From positions 11,257-75,256 of the forward strand of contig CAKVHT010000002.1 in assembly GCA_934754375.1 (NCBI GenBank): a stretch of 64,000 bases of DNA. The letters run 5' to 3'. Positions within the stretch are counted from its first letter, which is position 1. Each line of letters opens with the position of its first letter. Origin of the DNA: an uncultured Clostridia bacterium. GTDB taxonomy: Bacteria > Bacillota > Clostridia > Christensenellales > UBA1242. Position numbers and translations under genes: made by a program. Positions 44,607 to 53,885 of this stretch are shown here, piece by piece. The notes under the pieces were generated by a model. It did not search any database. It saw nothing but the letters and a program-made list of their open reading frames with translations, and was not told the DNA's origin.

Positions 44607-44656
44607 TCGGTATGTTTTACCTTGCCCAAATTGTCACAATCAACATATATTGAATT

Positions 44657-45793
44657 ATGGATAAAAAAATATGTGTTTACGCAATAGCAAAAAATGAAAT
44701 TAAATTTATAGATAGATGGTATAATTCGGTGAAAGAAGCAGACTATATTTGTGTTTTAGACACAGGTAGCAGTGACGGAAGTTTTGAAAAGTTTTTATCG
44801 TTGGGTATAAAATGCAAACAAAAAACATATAAAAAATTTCGATTTGACAAAGCAAGAAATGACAGTCTAACCTTAATCCCAAAGGACACTGACATTTGCG
44901 TTTGCGTTGATATTGATGAGTTTTTTGAGCCAGGCTGGTCCAACATCTTACGCAATAATTGGAATGATATGGTTGGCAGAGCAAGATATCGCTACACCTG
45001 GAATTTTAATCCAGACGGAAGCGAAGGCACAGTGTTTATGGCAGACAAAATACACAAATACGGCTTATATTATTGGACCCACCCAGTTCATGAAATCTTG
45101 AAAGAAACCAAACCAACAAAATTAAAAACAATAGACCTGCCAAACATTCAGTTAAACCACCAAGCGGACAATACAAAATCCCGTGCAAGTTATTTGCCAC
45201 TTTTAGAATTGTCTGTAAAAGAAAATCCAGCCGATGACCGAAACACACACTATCTCGCAAGGGAATACATGTTTCATGGACAATACACAAAAGCCATCAA
45301 TATGTTCAAAAAACACCTGAACCTAGCTAGCGCAACTTGGCAAAATGAAAGAAGTGCCAGTTTTAGATATATGGCAAATTGCTACAAACAGTTGGCTATA
45401 TCAAAACAGAAAGATAATACAAAAACTAAATCAAATTATTATTTCACAAAGCAGATTGAATGTTTAAAATTTGCCATTCTAGCATGCAACACTTCACGTG
45501 AGGCCTACTACGATTTAGCAGTAACATATTTTGAACACCAGGATTTTTTGTCAAGTGCATTGTGGTTTAATGAAATGTTTAAAATAACCACAAGAGAATT
45601 GAATTATATCTCAAACCCCATCTGCTGGGGCTCTCAACCACACGATTACCTTTCTATATGCTATTACAATCTTGGGGATTTTGAAAATGCCTATGTTTGC
45701 GTAAGCAACGCATTAAGGTATTCCAGTGAAGAAAGGCTTAAAAACAATCAAAAAATCTTTGCTGATTTGATAAATGCTAAAAATATAAAATAA
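44657..45793 (+). CDS. GT-A (family 2-like) glycosyltransferase with a C-terminal TPR-like helical region
   Basis: N-terminal VYAIAKNEIKFIDRWYNSV..ADYICVLDTGSSDGS, FDKARNDSL and VCVDIDEFF (DxD) match the GT2+TPR pattern. The C-terminal half is helical with YLAREY/YDLAVTYF-type repeats. Confidence 0.7.
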   Translation: MDKKICVYAIAKNEIKFIDRWYNSVKEADYICVLDTGSSDGSFEKFLSLGIKCKQKTYKKFRFDKARNDSLTLIPKDTDICVCVDIDEFFEPGWSNILRNNWNDMVGRARYRYTWNFNPDGSEGTVFMADKIHKYGLYYWTHPVHEILKETKPTKLKTIDLPNIQLNHQADNTKSRASYLPLLELSVKENPADDRNTHYLAREYMFHGQYTKAINMFKKHLNLASATWQNERSASFRYMANCYKQLAISKQKDNTKTKSNYYFTKQIECLKFAILACNTSREAYYDLAVTYFEHQDFLSSALWFNEMFKITTRELNYISNPICWGSQPHDYLSICYYNLGDFENAYVCVSNALRYSSEERLKNNQKIFADLINAKNIK

Positions 45794-45886
45794 TCGTACC
45801 GGTTAACTCAATACAAACTCTAAACAATCTGCATAATTTTAATTACTTTGGTAAGCCAAAACAAATCAACAAGGTGTTATAAAAGC

Positions 45887-45913
45887 AAAAAAACTGCAAC
45901 GTTGCAGTTTTTT
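45887..45913. terminator. Bidirectional terminator between the GT-TPR gene and the ABC transporter gene
   Basis: AAAAAAACTGCA-ACGT-TGCAGTTTTTT. The T-run overlaps the TAA of the minus-strand ABC gene. Confidence 0.7.
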
Positions 45914-47666
45914 AATTTCCAAATTGAGAATTAAACAATTCCGCATAGAAACCGGCTTTTTCAAGCAATTCTTGATGCGTGCCTGTTTCAACAATTTGTC
46001 CTTTATTCATAACCAAAATCTTATCAGCATTTTCAATTGTTGACAATCTGTGTGCTATTATAAAGCAGGTTCTGCCCTCCATTATTTTGTCAAGTGCAGA
46101 TTGAATTATCATTTCAGTACGAGTGTCAATATTACTTGTTGCCTCATCTAAAATCAACATTGGTGGTTTTAAAAGCATTATTCTTGCGATGCAAAGCAAC
46201 TGCTTTTGCCCCGCAGAAATATTGTCACCACGTTCACTGATTATTGTATCATAACCCTGTGGCAGTTTTTGAATGAAATCATGGGCATTTGCAAGTTTGC
46301 AAGCCTCTACAATTTCGTCCATTGAAGCATCTGGTTTTGCATAAGCAACATTGTCTTTTACACTTGCATTATAAAGCCAACTTTCCTGCAAAACCATGCC
46401 ATAAAATTGCCTAAAAGAGTTTCGTTTAACTTTTCTTACATCTTTGTTGCTTACTTTTATTGAACCAGCATCAACATCGTAAAACCTCATCAACAAATTA
46501 ATAAGAGTGCTTTTACCACAACCAGTTGGCCCAACAATAGCAATTCTGTTTCCTTTTTCAACTTCTAAATTAAAATCTTCAATCAATTTAAATGCTTTGG
46601 AATAACTAAAATCAACATGCTTAATACTTACATTACCATTGCACTTTTTAAGTTCTGGCAAATCTTCATCACTTATTTCATCTTGTTCATCAAGCAAATT
46701 AAATACACGATTTGCACTGGCAACCGCAACATGCAAATCTGCAAATATGCCAGCAACCTCATTGAATGGTTTTGTAAAATTTTCACTATAACTTAAAAAC
46801 GAGCTGATTTTACCAATTGATATACCACCATTAATAGCCATCACCCCGCCAACAACACCAACAACAGCATACAGAATATTATTAACCATACGGCTTGCAG
46901 GATGCGCAAGTGAAGCATAATACAAAGACTTCTCACTAGATGTGTACAACTGTTGATTTATGTCTTCAAATTTTTTGTTTACTGCTTTTTCATTATTAAA
47001 AGCCTTAATGATTTTCATATTAGTTATCATTTCTTCAGCATAACCACTCATTGCCCCCTGTTCATTCACACGTTTGCGATACAATTCTTTGCTCTTTTTT
47101 GTAATTTTAATCGCAACCCAAAGTGAAACAGGCGCCATGACAACAACAATCAAAGCCAAAGTCCAGTTAAGGACAAACATCATCACAAGCACGATAGCAA
47201 CTTGGAAAATACCACACATTATTGCCTTAAAACCCTCAAGGAAACCATCTGTAACATTTTCCACATCAACAACCATTGTGTTCATAATGTCTCCATGCGA
47301 TTTATTGTCGATGTATTTTATTGGCACAGTGTTGAGTTTTTTGTATATTGAGTTTCTTATTGATTGTGCTGTTAAATAAGTAAGTTTATTCATATAGACA
47401 CTGCCCAGCCAATCAAACAGTGAATTTACTGCTGTTAATATAAAAATTGTAACACACATGATAATCAGCAACTCAAAATTAACCCTGCCAGCTGTCAGCA
47501 TGCAATCTATCGCTTTACCTGTGCATATAGGTATAAGCATATTTAGCAAAATTGCTATAAAATCAAACAAAACAGAAAAGAAAAAGGTTACCCTATGAGG
47601 TTTTACATAAGGCATCAAGCGAGATAAAAATTGTTTATAGCCTGATTTCTTCTTTTCTTTTTTCAT
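45912..47666 (-). CDS. ABC exporter, fused permease/ATPase subunit (heterodimer partner 2)
   Basis: 584 aa. Six-TM N-terminal half, Walker A GPTGCGKST, signature ISAGQKQLL, Walker B LILDEATS. SD AAAGGAAAA. Confidence 0.9.
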   Translation of the reverse strand: MKKEKKKSGYKQFLSRLMPYVKPHRVTFFFSVLFDFIAILLNMLIPICTGKAIDCMLTAGRVNFELLIIMCVTIFILTAVNSLFDWLGSVYMNKLTYLTAQSIRNSIYKKLNTVPIKYIDNKSHGDIMNTMVVDVENVTDGFLEGFKAIMCGIFQVAIVLVMMFVLNWTLALIVVVMAPVSLWVAIKITKKSKELYRKRVNEQGAMSGYAEEMITNMKIIKAFNNEKAVNKKFEDINQQLYTSSEKSLYYASLAHPASRMVNNILYAVVGVVGGVMAINGGISIGKISSFLSYSENFTKPFNEVAGIFADLHVAVASANRVFNLLDEQDEISDEDLPELKKCNGNVSIKHVDFSYSKAFKLIEDFNLEVEKGNRIAIVGPTGCGKSTLINLLMRFYDVDAGSIKVSNKDVRKVKRNSFRQFYGMVLQESWLYNASVKDNVAYAKPDASMDEIVEACKLANAHDFIQKLPQGYDTIISERGDNISAGQKQLLCIARIMLLKPPMLILDEATSNIDTRTEMIIQSALDKIMEGRTCFIIAHRLSTIENADKILVMNKGQIVETGTHQELLEKAGFYAELFNSQFGN

Positions 47667-47678
47667 CTTTTTCCTTTT

Positions 47679-49397
47679 TTATTTTGATTGAGATTCATAT
47701 ATCTCACGATAGATATCACAATTTTTCATTAGTTCATTATGTTTACCCATACCAACAACATCGCCGTTATCAAGCACAATAATCAAATCACATGACTTAA
47801 TTGATGTTGCACGTTGAGAAATCAAAACCGTAGTTGTGTTAAGCCCTTTAATAGCCTTGCGTAACTTACTGTCGGTTAAAAAGTCAAGCGCACTGCTACT
47901 ATCATCCAATATCAGCATTTCGGGTTTACCTATAAGTGCTCTTGCAATAGTCAATCTCTGCATTTGACCGCCACTTACATTTTTACCACCAGCCATGATT
48001 TGATAATCAAGGATGTTTCTCCATTCACTCACAAACGGCCATGCCTGAGCAATTTTAAGAGCCTCTATGATTTCTTCATCAGTTGCGTTATTGTCACGAA
48101 TTTGCATGTTTTGGCGCAAACTTCCACTGAACAAAGTACTCCTTTGTTGCACAATGCTGATATCTTTACGCAATTGTTCAATAGTAAAATCTTTGATATT
48201 TTTGCCTTTGAACAAAATTTGACCAGATGTCACGTCATAAAAACGTGTCATCAAACTTGCAATAGTTGATTTGCCACTGCCTGTACCACCGATAATGCCT
48301 ATCGTTTGATGAGGATAAATTTTAAACGACAAATTTTTGATAAATGATTGAGTTTGATTGTCTAAATTATAGTTAAATGACACATTGTCAAACTCCATCA
48401 AAGCATCATACTCAAGTTTTTTGTATGCTTTTGCATTAGGTTCATTTTTTATAACTGGGACTGTGTCCAAAACCTCTTGAATTCTGTGCCAACTTGCAAC
48501 TGTCCTTACAAATAAAATGATACCTTGTGAAATTACCAATAATGAAATTGTAATGGTTGAAACATAATCTATAAGAGCAATCACATTACCTTGTGTTAAC
48601 GTCCCAACATTTATTTGATAGCCACCAACAAGCAAAATAACTATAGTTGCAACATCAACTACCAAGAATATAACCGGATTGAGAAGAGCGGCAATTTTTG
48701 AAATTTTTAAACTTGTGTCGGTATAGTCCTGACTGACGGATTTAAAACGTTCTGTTTCGTTTTCCTGTTTGTTGAATGCACGTATAACACGTGTGCCGTC
48801 CAAATTTTCTTTCGTTACTTGACTTATTTTATCCAATTTTTTTCTAACAATATTAAAATATGGCACTGTCTTTTTTGTAAATATCCACAAAATCAACAAC
48901 ACGATAGGTATCAAAACCAAGAAAACCAAAGACATCTTTTTGTCAATGCTTAAACTTAATGCAAAAGCACCTATCAAAAGCGCCGGAACACGAATAATCA
49001 ATCTCATGAACATACTGACAGCATCTTCAACTTGATCCACATCGTCTGTCATACGGTTAATCAAACTTGCCGTTCCAAATTTATCAAGTTCATGATGCGA
49101 AAATGTTGAAACATGTTCAAACACCCCAGCACGCAATTCTTTTGCCACACCAGAACTTGTTAAACTTACAAACTTTTGACTTATAGCACTTAAACCAAAC
49201 GCAATAACATTTATCACAAGCAAAATCAGCCCAACTTTTAAAATGTAATTTACGTTCCCTGTTGTTATACCAACGTCAACAATCTTTGCAACTAAAAGTG
49301 GATTAAGCAATTCAAAAATCGCTTCAATCAATTTCATGATTGAACCAAATATTGCTTTCCATTTATACTTTTTAAAATATGCAAGGAATTTTTTCAT
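47679..49397 (-). CDS. ABC exporter, fused permease/ATPase subunit (heterodimer partner 1)
   Basis: 572 aa. TM half, Walker A GGTGSGKST, signature VSGGQMQRL, Walker B LILDDSSS. Ends 12 nt upstream of its partner gene. Confidence 0.9.
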   Translation of the reverse strand: MKKFLAYFKKYKWKAIFGSIMKLIEAIFELLNPLLVAKIVDVGITTGNVNYILKVGLILLVINVIAFGLSAISQKFVSLTSSGVAKELRAGVFEHVSTFSHHELDKFGTASLINRMTDDVDQVEDAVSMFMRLIIRVPALLIGAFALSLSIDKKMSLVFLVLIPIVLLILWIFTKKTVPYFNIVRKKLDKISQVTKENLDGTRVIRAFNKQENETERFKSVSQDYTDTSLKISKIAALLNPVIFLVVDVATIVILLVGGYQINVGTLTQGNVIALIDYVSTITISLLVISQGIILFVRTVASWHRIQEVLDTVPVIKNEPNAKAYKKLEYDALMEFDNVSFNYNLDNQTQSFIKNLSFKIYPHQTIGIIGGTGSGKSTIASLMTRFYDVTSGQILFKGKNIKDFTIEQLRKDISIVQQRSTLFSGSLRQNMQIRDNNATDEEIIEALKIAQAWPFVSEWRNILDYQIMAGGKNVSGGQMQRLTIARALIGKPEMLILDDSSSALDFLTDSKLRKAIKGLNTTTVLISQRATSIKSCDLIIVLDNGDVVGMGKHNELMKNCDIYREIYESQSK

Positions 49398-49404
49398 TTT
49401 TAAA

Positions 49405-49433
49405 ATTATAATAAATACAAGTTAAAAAAACAA
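49405..49433 (-). promoter_or_regulatory. Candidate promoter abutting the ABC-operon ATG (leaderless configuration)
   Basis: The minus strand reads TTGTTT (49428-49433), a 17-nt spacer, TATAAT (49405-49410), 7 nt, then ATG (49397). No SD. An alternative TTGACT-18-TAAATC promoter lies at 49443-49472. Confidence 0.4.
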
Positions 49434-49581
49434 ACAAAATTTGATTTAACACACAAAAAGATGTAAAGTCAAATTAAACCTTTATATGCTTTTAGTTTTG
49501 CAAAAAATTATTCTCTAAAATATTAATAAAAAATCATATATTTAAATTCCTGTTTTTTACGTTTAAAAATTCATAAAGTAA

Positions 49582-49611
49582 AGAAAAATAAAAAGGAGTG
49601 GTTTACTCCTT
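49582..49611 (-). terminator. Rho-independent terminator of the M1 peptidase gene
   Basis: The minus strand reads AAGGAGT-AAACC-ACTCCTT followed by TTTTATTTTTCTT. Confidence 0.65.
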
Positions 49612-49640
49612 ATATTTTAAAAAAATTATAAAAAAATTAA

Positions 49641-49713
49641 TTTTTTCTTATTTTTTATGATTTTTTTCAATATTTTTATAAAATTTTTTAATTTTTATTT
49701 ATTATAATTTTTT
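49641..49713. repeat. Helically phased T-tract array
   Basis: T5-T7 tracts start at 49641, 49651, 49661, 49673, 49684, 49692 and 49708. The array lies between the peptidase stop and its terminator. Confidence 0.6.
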
Positions 49714-49731
49714 CAATGTCCTTTAATTGAT

Positions 49732-51258
49732 TTATTTAATAATGGTCTTACCTTTTATCCAACTGTCAAAAAACGACTGCATATCATTGCCTGTTGTTTT
49801 AGTAAAAGCCTCTATCAATTCATCAGCGGTGACATTTTTAAACTTGTTTGTTTGATAATAATTTTGCAAAGATTTTATAAACTTTTTCTCCCCAACAAGA
49901 GAATACAAACTTTCATACATCAGCACACCTTTAACATAAGTGCAGTAGGTATATTCCGGCTCAGTGTTATATTTATCAACCGCTCTCATACTGGTATCAA
50001 TACTGCCCAAAACATCTTCATAAACTGTTATAAACAATGTGTAATTCTCTTTGTTTGCTTTAACAATTTTTTGATGTGTCAGGTTATAATCTTCATTATA
50101 ATCGTAGAATAATGCTGTAGAAAATTCCGTCAAAGCCTCATCAAGCCAAGGCAGGGTGTATTCGTCATTTCCAACCAAAACATACCACCACTGATGTGCT
50201 GTTTCATGTACAATGACATTCAGATAATCGTCCAAAGAATCAATATCATCGCTTATCATCACAAGGTTTGGATATTCCATACCCCCTTGCAAAAAATCAC
50301 ACTTGACAACCGAGAATGTTGTGTAAGGATATTGTCCAAATTTTTGAGAGAATGTTTTTATAGCATCAACTGCCGTTTTAACTGCCAAATCCGCATTACC
50401 GTCATTATAAAAATAATAGTTAACTTCCACATTGTTTGCTTGTGCGGTTTTAACCTCAAATTTTTCACTTATAACACAAGCAAAATCTCTTACAACTTTG
50501 GCTTTAAACTGTGTTGTTGTTTTGCCCGACTTTTGACTAAATTCATGTTGTTCGCCTGTTCCTGCAACAGTAAGCATACTATCCAATGTTAAATTTACAT
50601 TGTAGTTTGCCATGTCGCTGTAAAATGGGTCGCCATTCGCATTATAAGGATTTGTAACAAAGCCTCCGTTTTCATACACGCAAGCAATTGGATAAAAATT
50701 TGCAAGATTTATTGTATCATCGCCATAACCAAAGCGATGTTCACAATTTGGCAATTTTATGTAATATTCTAAGTACACGTCAACACGTTCAGTTGGCATC
50801 AAAGAATTTGTCAAATCAACATTCAAAATGTTGTTATAATCACCTTCTAGAACAACAGCAATCTCGGTATCTGCAAGTTTAAGTTTTGTTATTTCAAATT
50901 CACAGTAGCTCATGCCGTGCCTATAACAATTATTCATTTTTGTTTGGCTTACGATTTTGTCTGTCGCCCCTTGTTTAAAAAATTGTGGATATAAATGAAA
51001 TTTGATTTGCTTCAGCACTGTATCAGTATTGTTGACATAATTTACTTTTTGTTTTGCGGTTAAAGATTTTGTTGAGTTATCAAATTCAATTGAAATGTCA
51101 TAATTTGATAAGCCCGTGCTTATTTTTGACAAATCATCTGTTTTCTTACCACAAGCAGAAAACGAAACGAGAGCAAAACACAAAAACAAAACAGCAATGA
51201 AGCCCGACCAACACCTTTTATCTTTGCAATGAGAATTTTTGACATTTAAATTTTTCAT
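49732..51258 (-). CDS. M1-family zinc metallopeptidase, lipoprotein
   Basis: HETAHQWW followed 18 residues later by E (WLDEALTEF), i.e. HExxH-x18-E. Signal FIAVLFLCFALVSFSAC|GKK (lipobox). Confidence 0.85.
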   Translation of the reverse strand: MKNLNVKNSHCKDKRCWSGFIAVLFLCFALVSFSACGKKTDDLSKISTGLSNYDISIEFDNSTKSLTAKQKVNYVNNTDTVLKQIKFHLYPQFFKQGATDKIVSQTKMNNCYRHGMSYCEFEITKLKLADTEIAVVLEGDYNNILNVDLTNSLMPTERVDVYLEYYIKLPNCEHRFGYGDDTINLANFYPIACVYENGGFVTNPYNANGDPFYSDMANYNVNLTLDSMLTVAGTGEQHEFSQKSGKTTTQFKAKVVRDFACVISEKFEVKTAQANNVEVNYYFYNDGNADLAVKTAVDAIKTFSQKFGQYPYTTFSVVKCDFLQGGMEYPNLVMISDDIDSLDDYLNVIVHETAHQWWYVLVGNDEYTLPWLDEALTEFSTALFYDYNEDYNLTHQKIVKANKENYTLFITVYEDVLGSIDTSMRAVDKYNTEPEYTYCTYVKGVLMYESLYSLVGEKKFIKSLQNYYQTNKFKNVTADELIEAFTKTTGNDMQSFFDSWIKGKTIIK

Positions 51259-51349
51259 ATTCTAACTTATGAGCCTGTCCTAAAAAAAAGAACAAGCGGA
51301 AATTTTGACAATTTACACAAAAATTCACTTACACACACAAAAACAAAAG

Positions 51350-51403
51350 TTATCCACAATAAAACCCTAAAATTGTGGATAACTGGGGTGAAATTGTGGA
51401 TAA
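51350..51403. promoter_or_regulatory. Cluster of three perfect DnaA boxes (TTATCCACA)
   Basis: TTATCCACA at 51350-51358 on the plus strand. TGTGGATAA at 51374-51382 and 51395-51403, each inside the direct repeat AAATTGTGGATAACT with a 21-bp period. Confidence 0.8.
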
Positions 51404-51426
51404 CTCCCTTTGTTTTGACAAAAATA

Positions 51427-51437
51427 TGTGTTAAAAT
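51427..51437 (+). promoter_or_regulatory. TRTG-extended -10 element of the dnaB/D-like operon
   Basis: TGTG-T-TAAAAT ends 6 nt before the ATG at 51444. No SD is present. A TTGACA at 51415-51420 sits only 11 nt upstream. Confidence 0.45.
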
Positions 51438-51443
51438 AGCAAT

Positions 51444-52880
51444 ATGAGTTTTTGTAAATTTAGTCCTGGTTACGTTTCAAACAATAAAACAATAATAGAT
51501 AACACGTTTATAAACGAATATTTGCCAAAAGCACCAGACCTTTGCGTTAAAGCCTATATTTTAGGTTTGAGCAAATGCTCTTCTGCTGACGACAATGATA
51601 ATTCGCTTGAATTTTTTTCAAACACACTCAAAGTATGCGAAGATGATGTAATATCCCTTTTTAAATATTGGGAGGAAATGGGGCTTGTTCAAGTGCTTTC
51701 AACCAATCCGGTTGAAGTGAGATATCTTCCTATTATTTCAAATGCTGGAAGTGTGAAGAGATATAAAGTTGATAAATATGCCGACTTTAATATTCAATTG
51801 CAGGAATGTTTTAGCGAACGCATGCTTACACCAAATGAAATGACCGAATTTTATGACCTTATGGAACACAAACACATTGCTCAACCAGCACTTATAGATA
51901 TTGTAAAATACTGCACTGAAAATAAAGGGTTTGGCATCAGCCCAAACTATTGCTTAACCGTTGCAAAAGACTGGATTCATCAAGGAATATTATCACAAGC
52001 ACAAGTTCAAGCAAAAATTGAAGAATTAGGCATTGTTGATGACCAAATGGGGTTGATTTTGTCTGCCATGGGAAGCAAACGCAAAATTCAAATTGAAGAC
52101 AAGGAATTGTTAAACAAATGGCTAAAATCATTCGGTTTTGAACTTAACACAATTATTTATGTGGTCAAAACATTGAAGAACAAAAAACGCAGACTCGATG
52201 TAAATGTTTTAGATGAATATTTAACCAAATATTTCGAAATGAGATTAACCTCTATCCCAGAAATTGAAAATTATGAAAATGACAAAGAAAACCTTTTAAA
52301 TCTTGCCATTGCCATAAACAAAGAATTGGGCATCTACTACGAAGATGTTACAAAGGAAATTGATTTATATGTGGTTGGTTGGCTCAACATGGGCTTTGAC
52401 CAACAAATGCTTTTAACCGTTGCTGACAACTGCTTTAAATCATCAATCCGCACATTGGAAGGATACAACAACATTTTGCTTAAACTTTTCCGTTTGGGTA
52501 TAGTAAACCTTATATCCTACAATCAATATTTAAACGACAATTTGGCTCAAGACCAAAAAGTGAAAGAAGTTTTAACACATCTCAATCTTGCAAGGAACGT
52601 GAACAATGCAGATAGAAGTTTCTATTCAGTTTGGACAAATGATTGGGGTTTTGGGCATGATATTGTGTTATATGGTGCAGATTTATCTGCTGGCAAAACA
52701 AATGCTTTGCAATATTTAAACAAAATCCTTTCAAACTGGAATACCGCAGGCTTAAAAACACTTGAAAAAGTTAAACTTACAAAAATCGAAGACAATGACA
52801 AGGCTGACTTTATACATAACAATTATACAAAAGAACAAATTGCAAGTTTTATAACCAACCTTGATGAAGTGGAGGTGTAA
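51444..52880 (+). CDS. DnaB/DnaD-family replication initiation and membrane-attachment protein (Firmicute DnaB type, not the helicase)
   Basis: 478 aa, similar in size to B. subtilis DnaB. N-terminal IIDNTFINEYLPKAPDLCVKAYILGL is DnaD-family-like. Directly followed by dnaI, as in the dnaB-dnaI operon. Confidence 0.75.
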   Translation: MSFCKFSPGYVSNNKTIIDNTFINEYLPKAPDLCVKAYILGLSKCSSADDNDNSLEFFSNTLKVCEDDVISLFKYWEEMGLVQVLSTNPVEVRYLPIISNAGSVKRYKVDKYADFNIQLQECFSERMLTPNEMTEFYDLMEHKHIAQPALIDIVKYCTENKGFGISPNYCLTVAKDWIHQGILSQAQVQAKIEELGIVDDQMGLILSAMGSKRKIQIEDKELLNKWLKSFGFELNTIIYVVKTLKNKKRRLDVNVLDEYLTKYFEMRLTSIPEIENYENDKENLLNLAIAINKELGIYYEDVTKEIDLYVVGWLNMGFDQQMLLTVADNCFKSSIRTLEGYNNILLKLFRLGIVNLISYNQYLNDNLAQDQKVKEVLTHLNLARNVNNADRSFYSVWTNDWGFGHDIVLYGADLSAGKTNALQYLNKILSNWNTAGLKTLEKVKLTKIEDNDKADFIHNNYTKEQIASFITNLDEVEV

Positions 52881-52881
52881 G

Positions 52882-53790
52882 ATGAATAAGCGCAAAATTA
52901 TTGACGATGTTAAGCAACAATTTATGTTGAAAAGAATCAAAGCACAAGAAAAAGCCGATGACTACATTATGTCATTGCGCCAAAACCCTGAATTTGACAA
53001 ACTCTACTCCACTTACGCAAAAACCAAACTTGAATATTTAAAAAGCAAATATGAGCAAGAAAATTTAACTTTAAAATATGACTTGCAAGAATTAAAAGGC
53101 AAAATCAATCAGTACTTAAAACTGCATGATGTAAATCCTGCTGATTTGTTGCCTCAATACGATTGCCCAATTTGCAATGACACTGGTGTGGTTGGTGGTA
53201 GGATTTGCAATTGCCTGCAACAAGCATTAAACAAAAAATTATCAATGCAAGTGAGCAGTCAAAACCAATTTAAATCTTTTGAAAATTGCGATTTGAATAT
53301 AATGAGCACAGATGATAAAAAAACCTGTCAAATTTTAAAAGCATGGTGTGACAAGTTTCCAAATGTAAGCAAAATTAACATCTGCTTAATAGGTGGCGCT
53401 GGTTCTGGCAAGACTTTTATGCTTGAATGTGTTGCAACTGAAATGTTAAAACATAACCAAGTTGTTTGTTTTAAAACGGCATTCGAACTCAATGAACTTG
53501 CAAGATTATATCACATTGGCAAATCATACGATTTTGCCGATTGTTTAAATGCCGACATTCTTTTGATTGATGACCTTGGCACTGAACCAATTTTAAAAAA
53601 TGTCACAAAAGAATATTTGTACAACATAATTAACACACGTCAAGTCAACAATCTTCCAACTTTCATCTCAACCAATTTAAGTCAAGAACAATTACTTGAC
53701 CGTTATGACGAAAGGATTTATAGCCGTCTTGCAAATAAAAACTTAAGTTTAAACATTCAACTCACAAGCTCAGACAAACGCATTAAATAG
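52882..53790 (+). CDS. dnaI: Helicase loader DnaI (DnaC/IstB-like AAA+)
   Basis: ATG at 52882 after GGAGGTG. Zn motif CPICNDTGVVGGRICNC, Walker A GGAGSGKTF, Walker B LLIDDLG. The track start at 52861 (TTG) was rejected. Confidence 0.85.
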   Translation: MNKRKIIDDVKQQFMLKRIKAQEKADDYIMSLRQNPEFDKLYSTYAKTKLEYLKSKYEQENLTLKYDLQELKGKINQYLKLHDVNPADLLPQYDCPICNDTGVVGGRICNCLQQALNKKLSMQVSSQNQFKSFENCDLNIMSTDDKKTCQILKAWCDKFPNVSKINICLIGGAGSGKTFMLECVATEMLKHNQVVCFKTAFELNELARLYHIGKSYDFADCLNADILLIDDLGTEPILKNVTKEYLYNIINTRQVNNLPTFISTNLSQEQLLDRYDERIYSRLANKNLSLNIQLTSSDKRIK

Positions 53791-53842
53791 TGCTTACTAA
53801 TTATAGAATACTCAATATTTTGTTGTGACCAAAAGTTTTCAC

Positions 53843-53873
53843 AAAAAAAACTCACAGTGATTGTGAGTTTTTT
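53843..53873. terminator. Bidirectional terminator between dnaI and tilS
   Basis: AAAAAAAACTCACA-GTGAT-TGTGAGTTTTTT. Confidence 0.75.
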
Positions 53874-53885
53874 GTTTGTTTTTTA

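Noticed and set aside
51350-51443. DnaA-box cluster considered as the chromosomal origin (oriC)
   Set aside because: There is no dnaA, dnaN, rpmH or rnpA nearby. The boxes sit in a 185-bp promoter spacer that runs directly into a coding start, with no separate AT-rich unwinding region. A regulatory or titration site is more parsimonious. This still needs the whole genome to settle.
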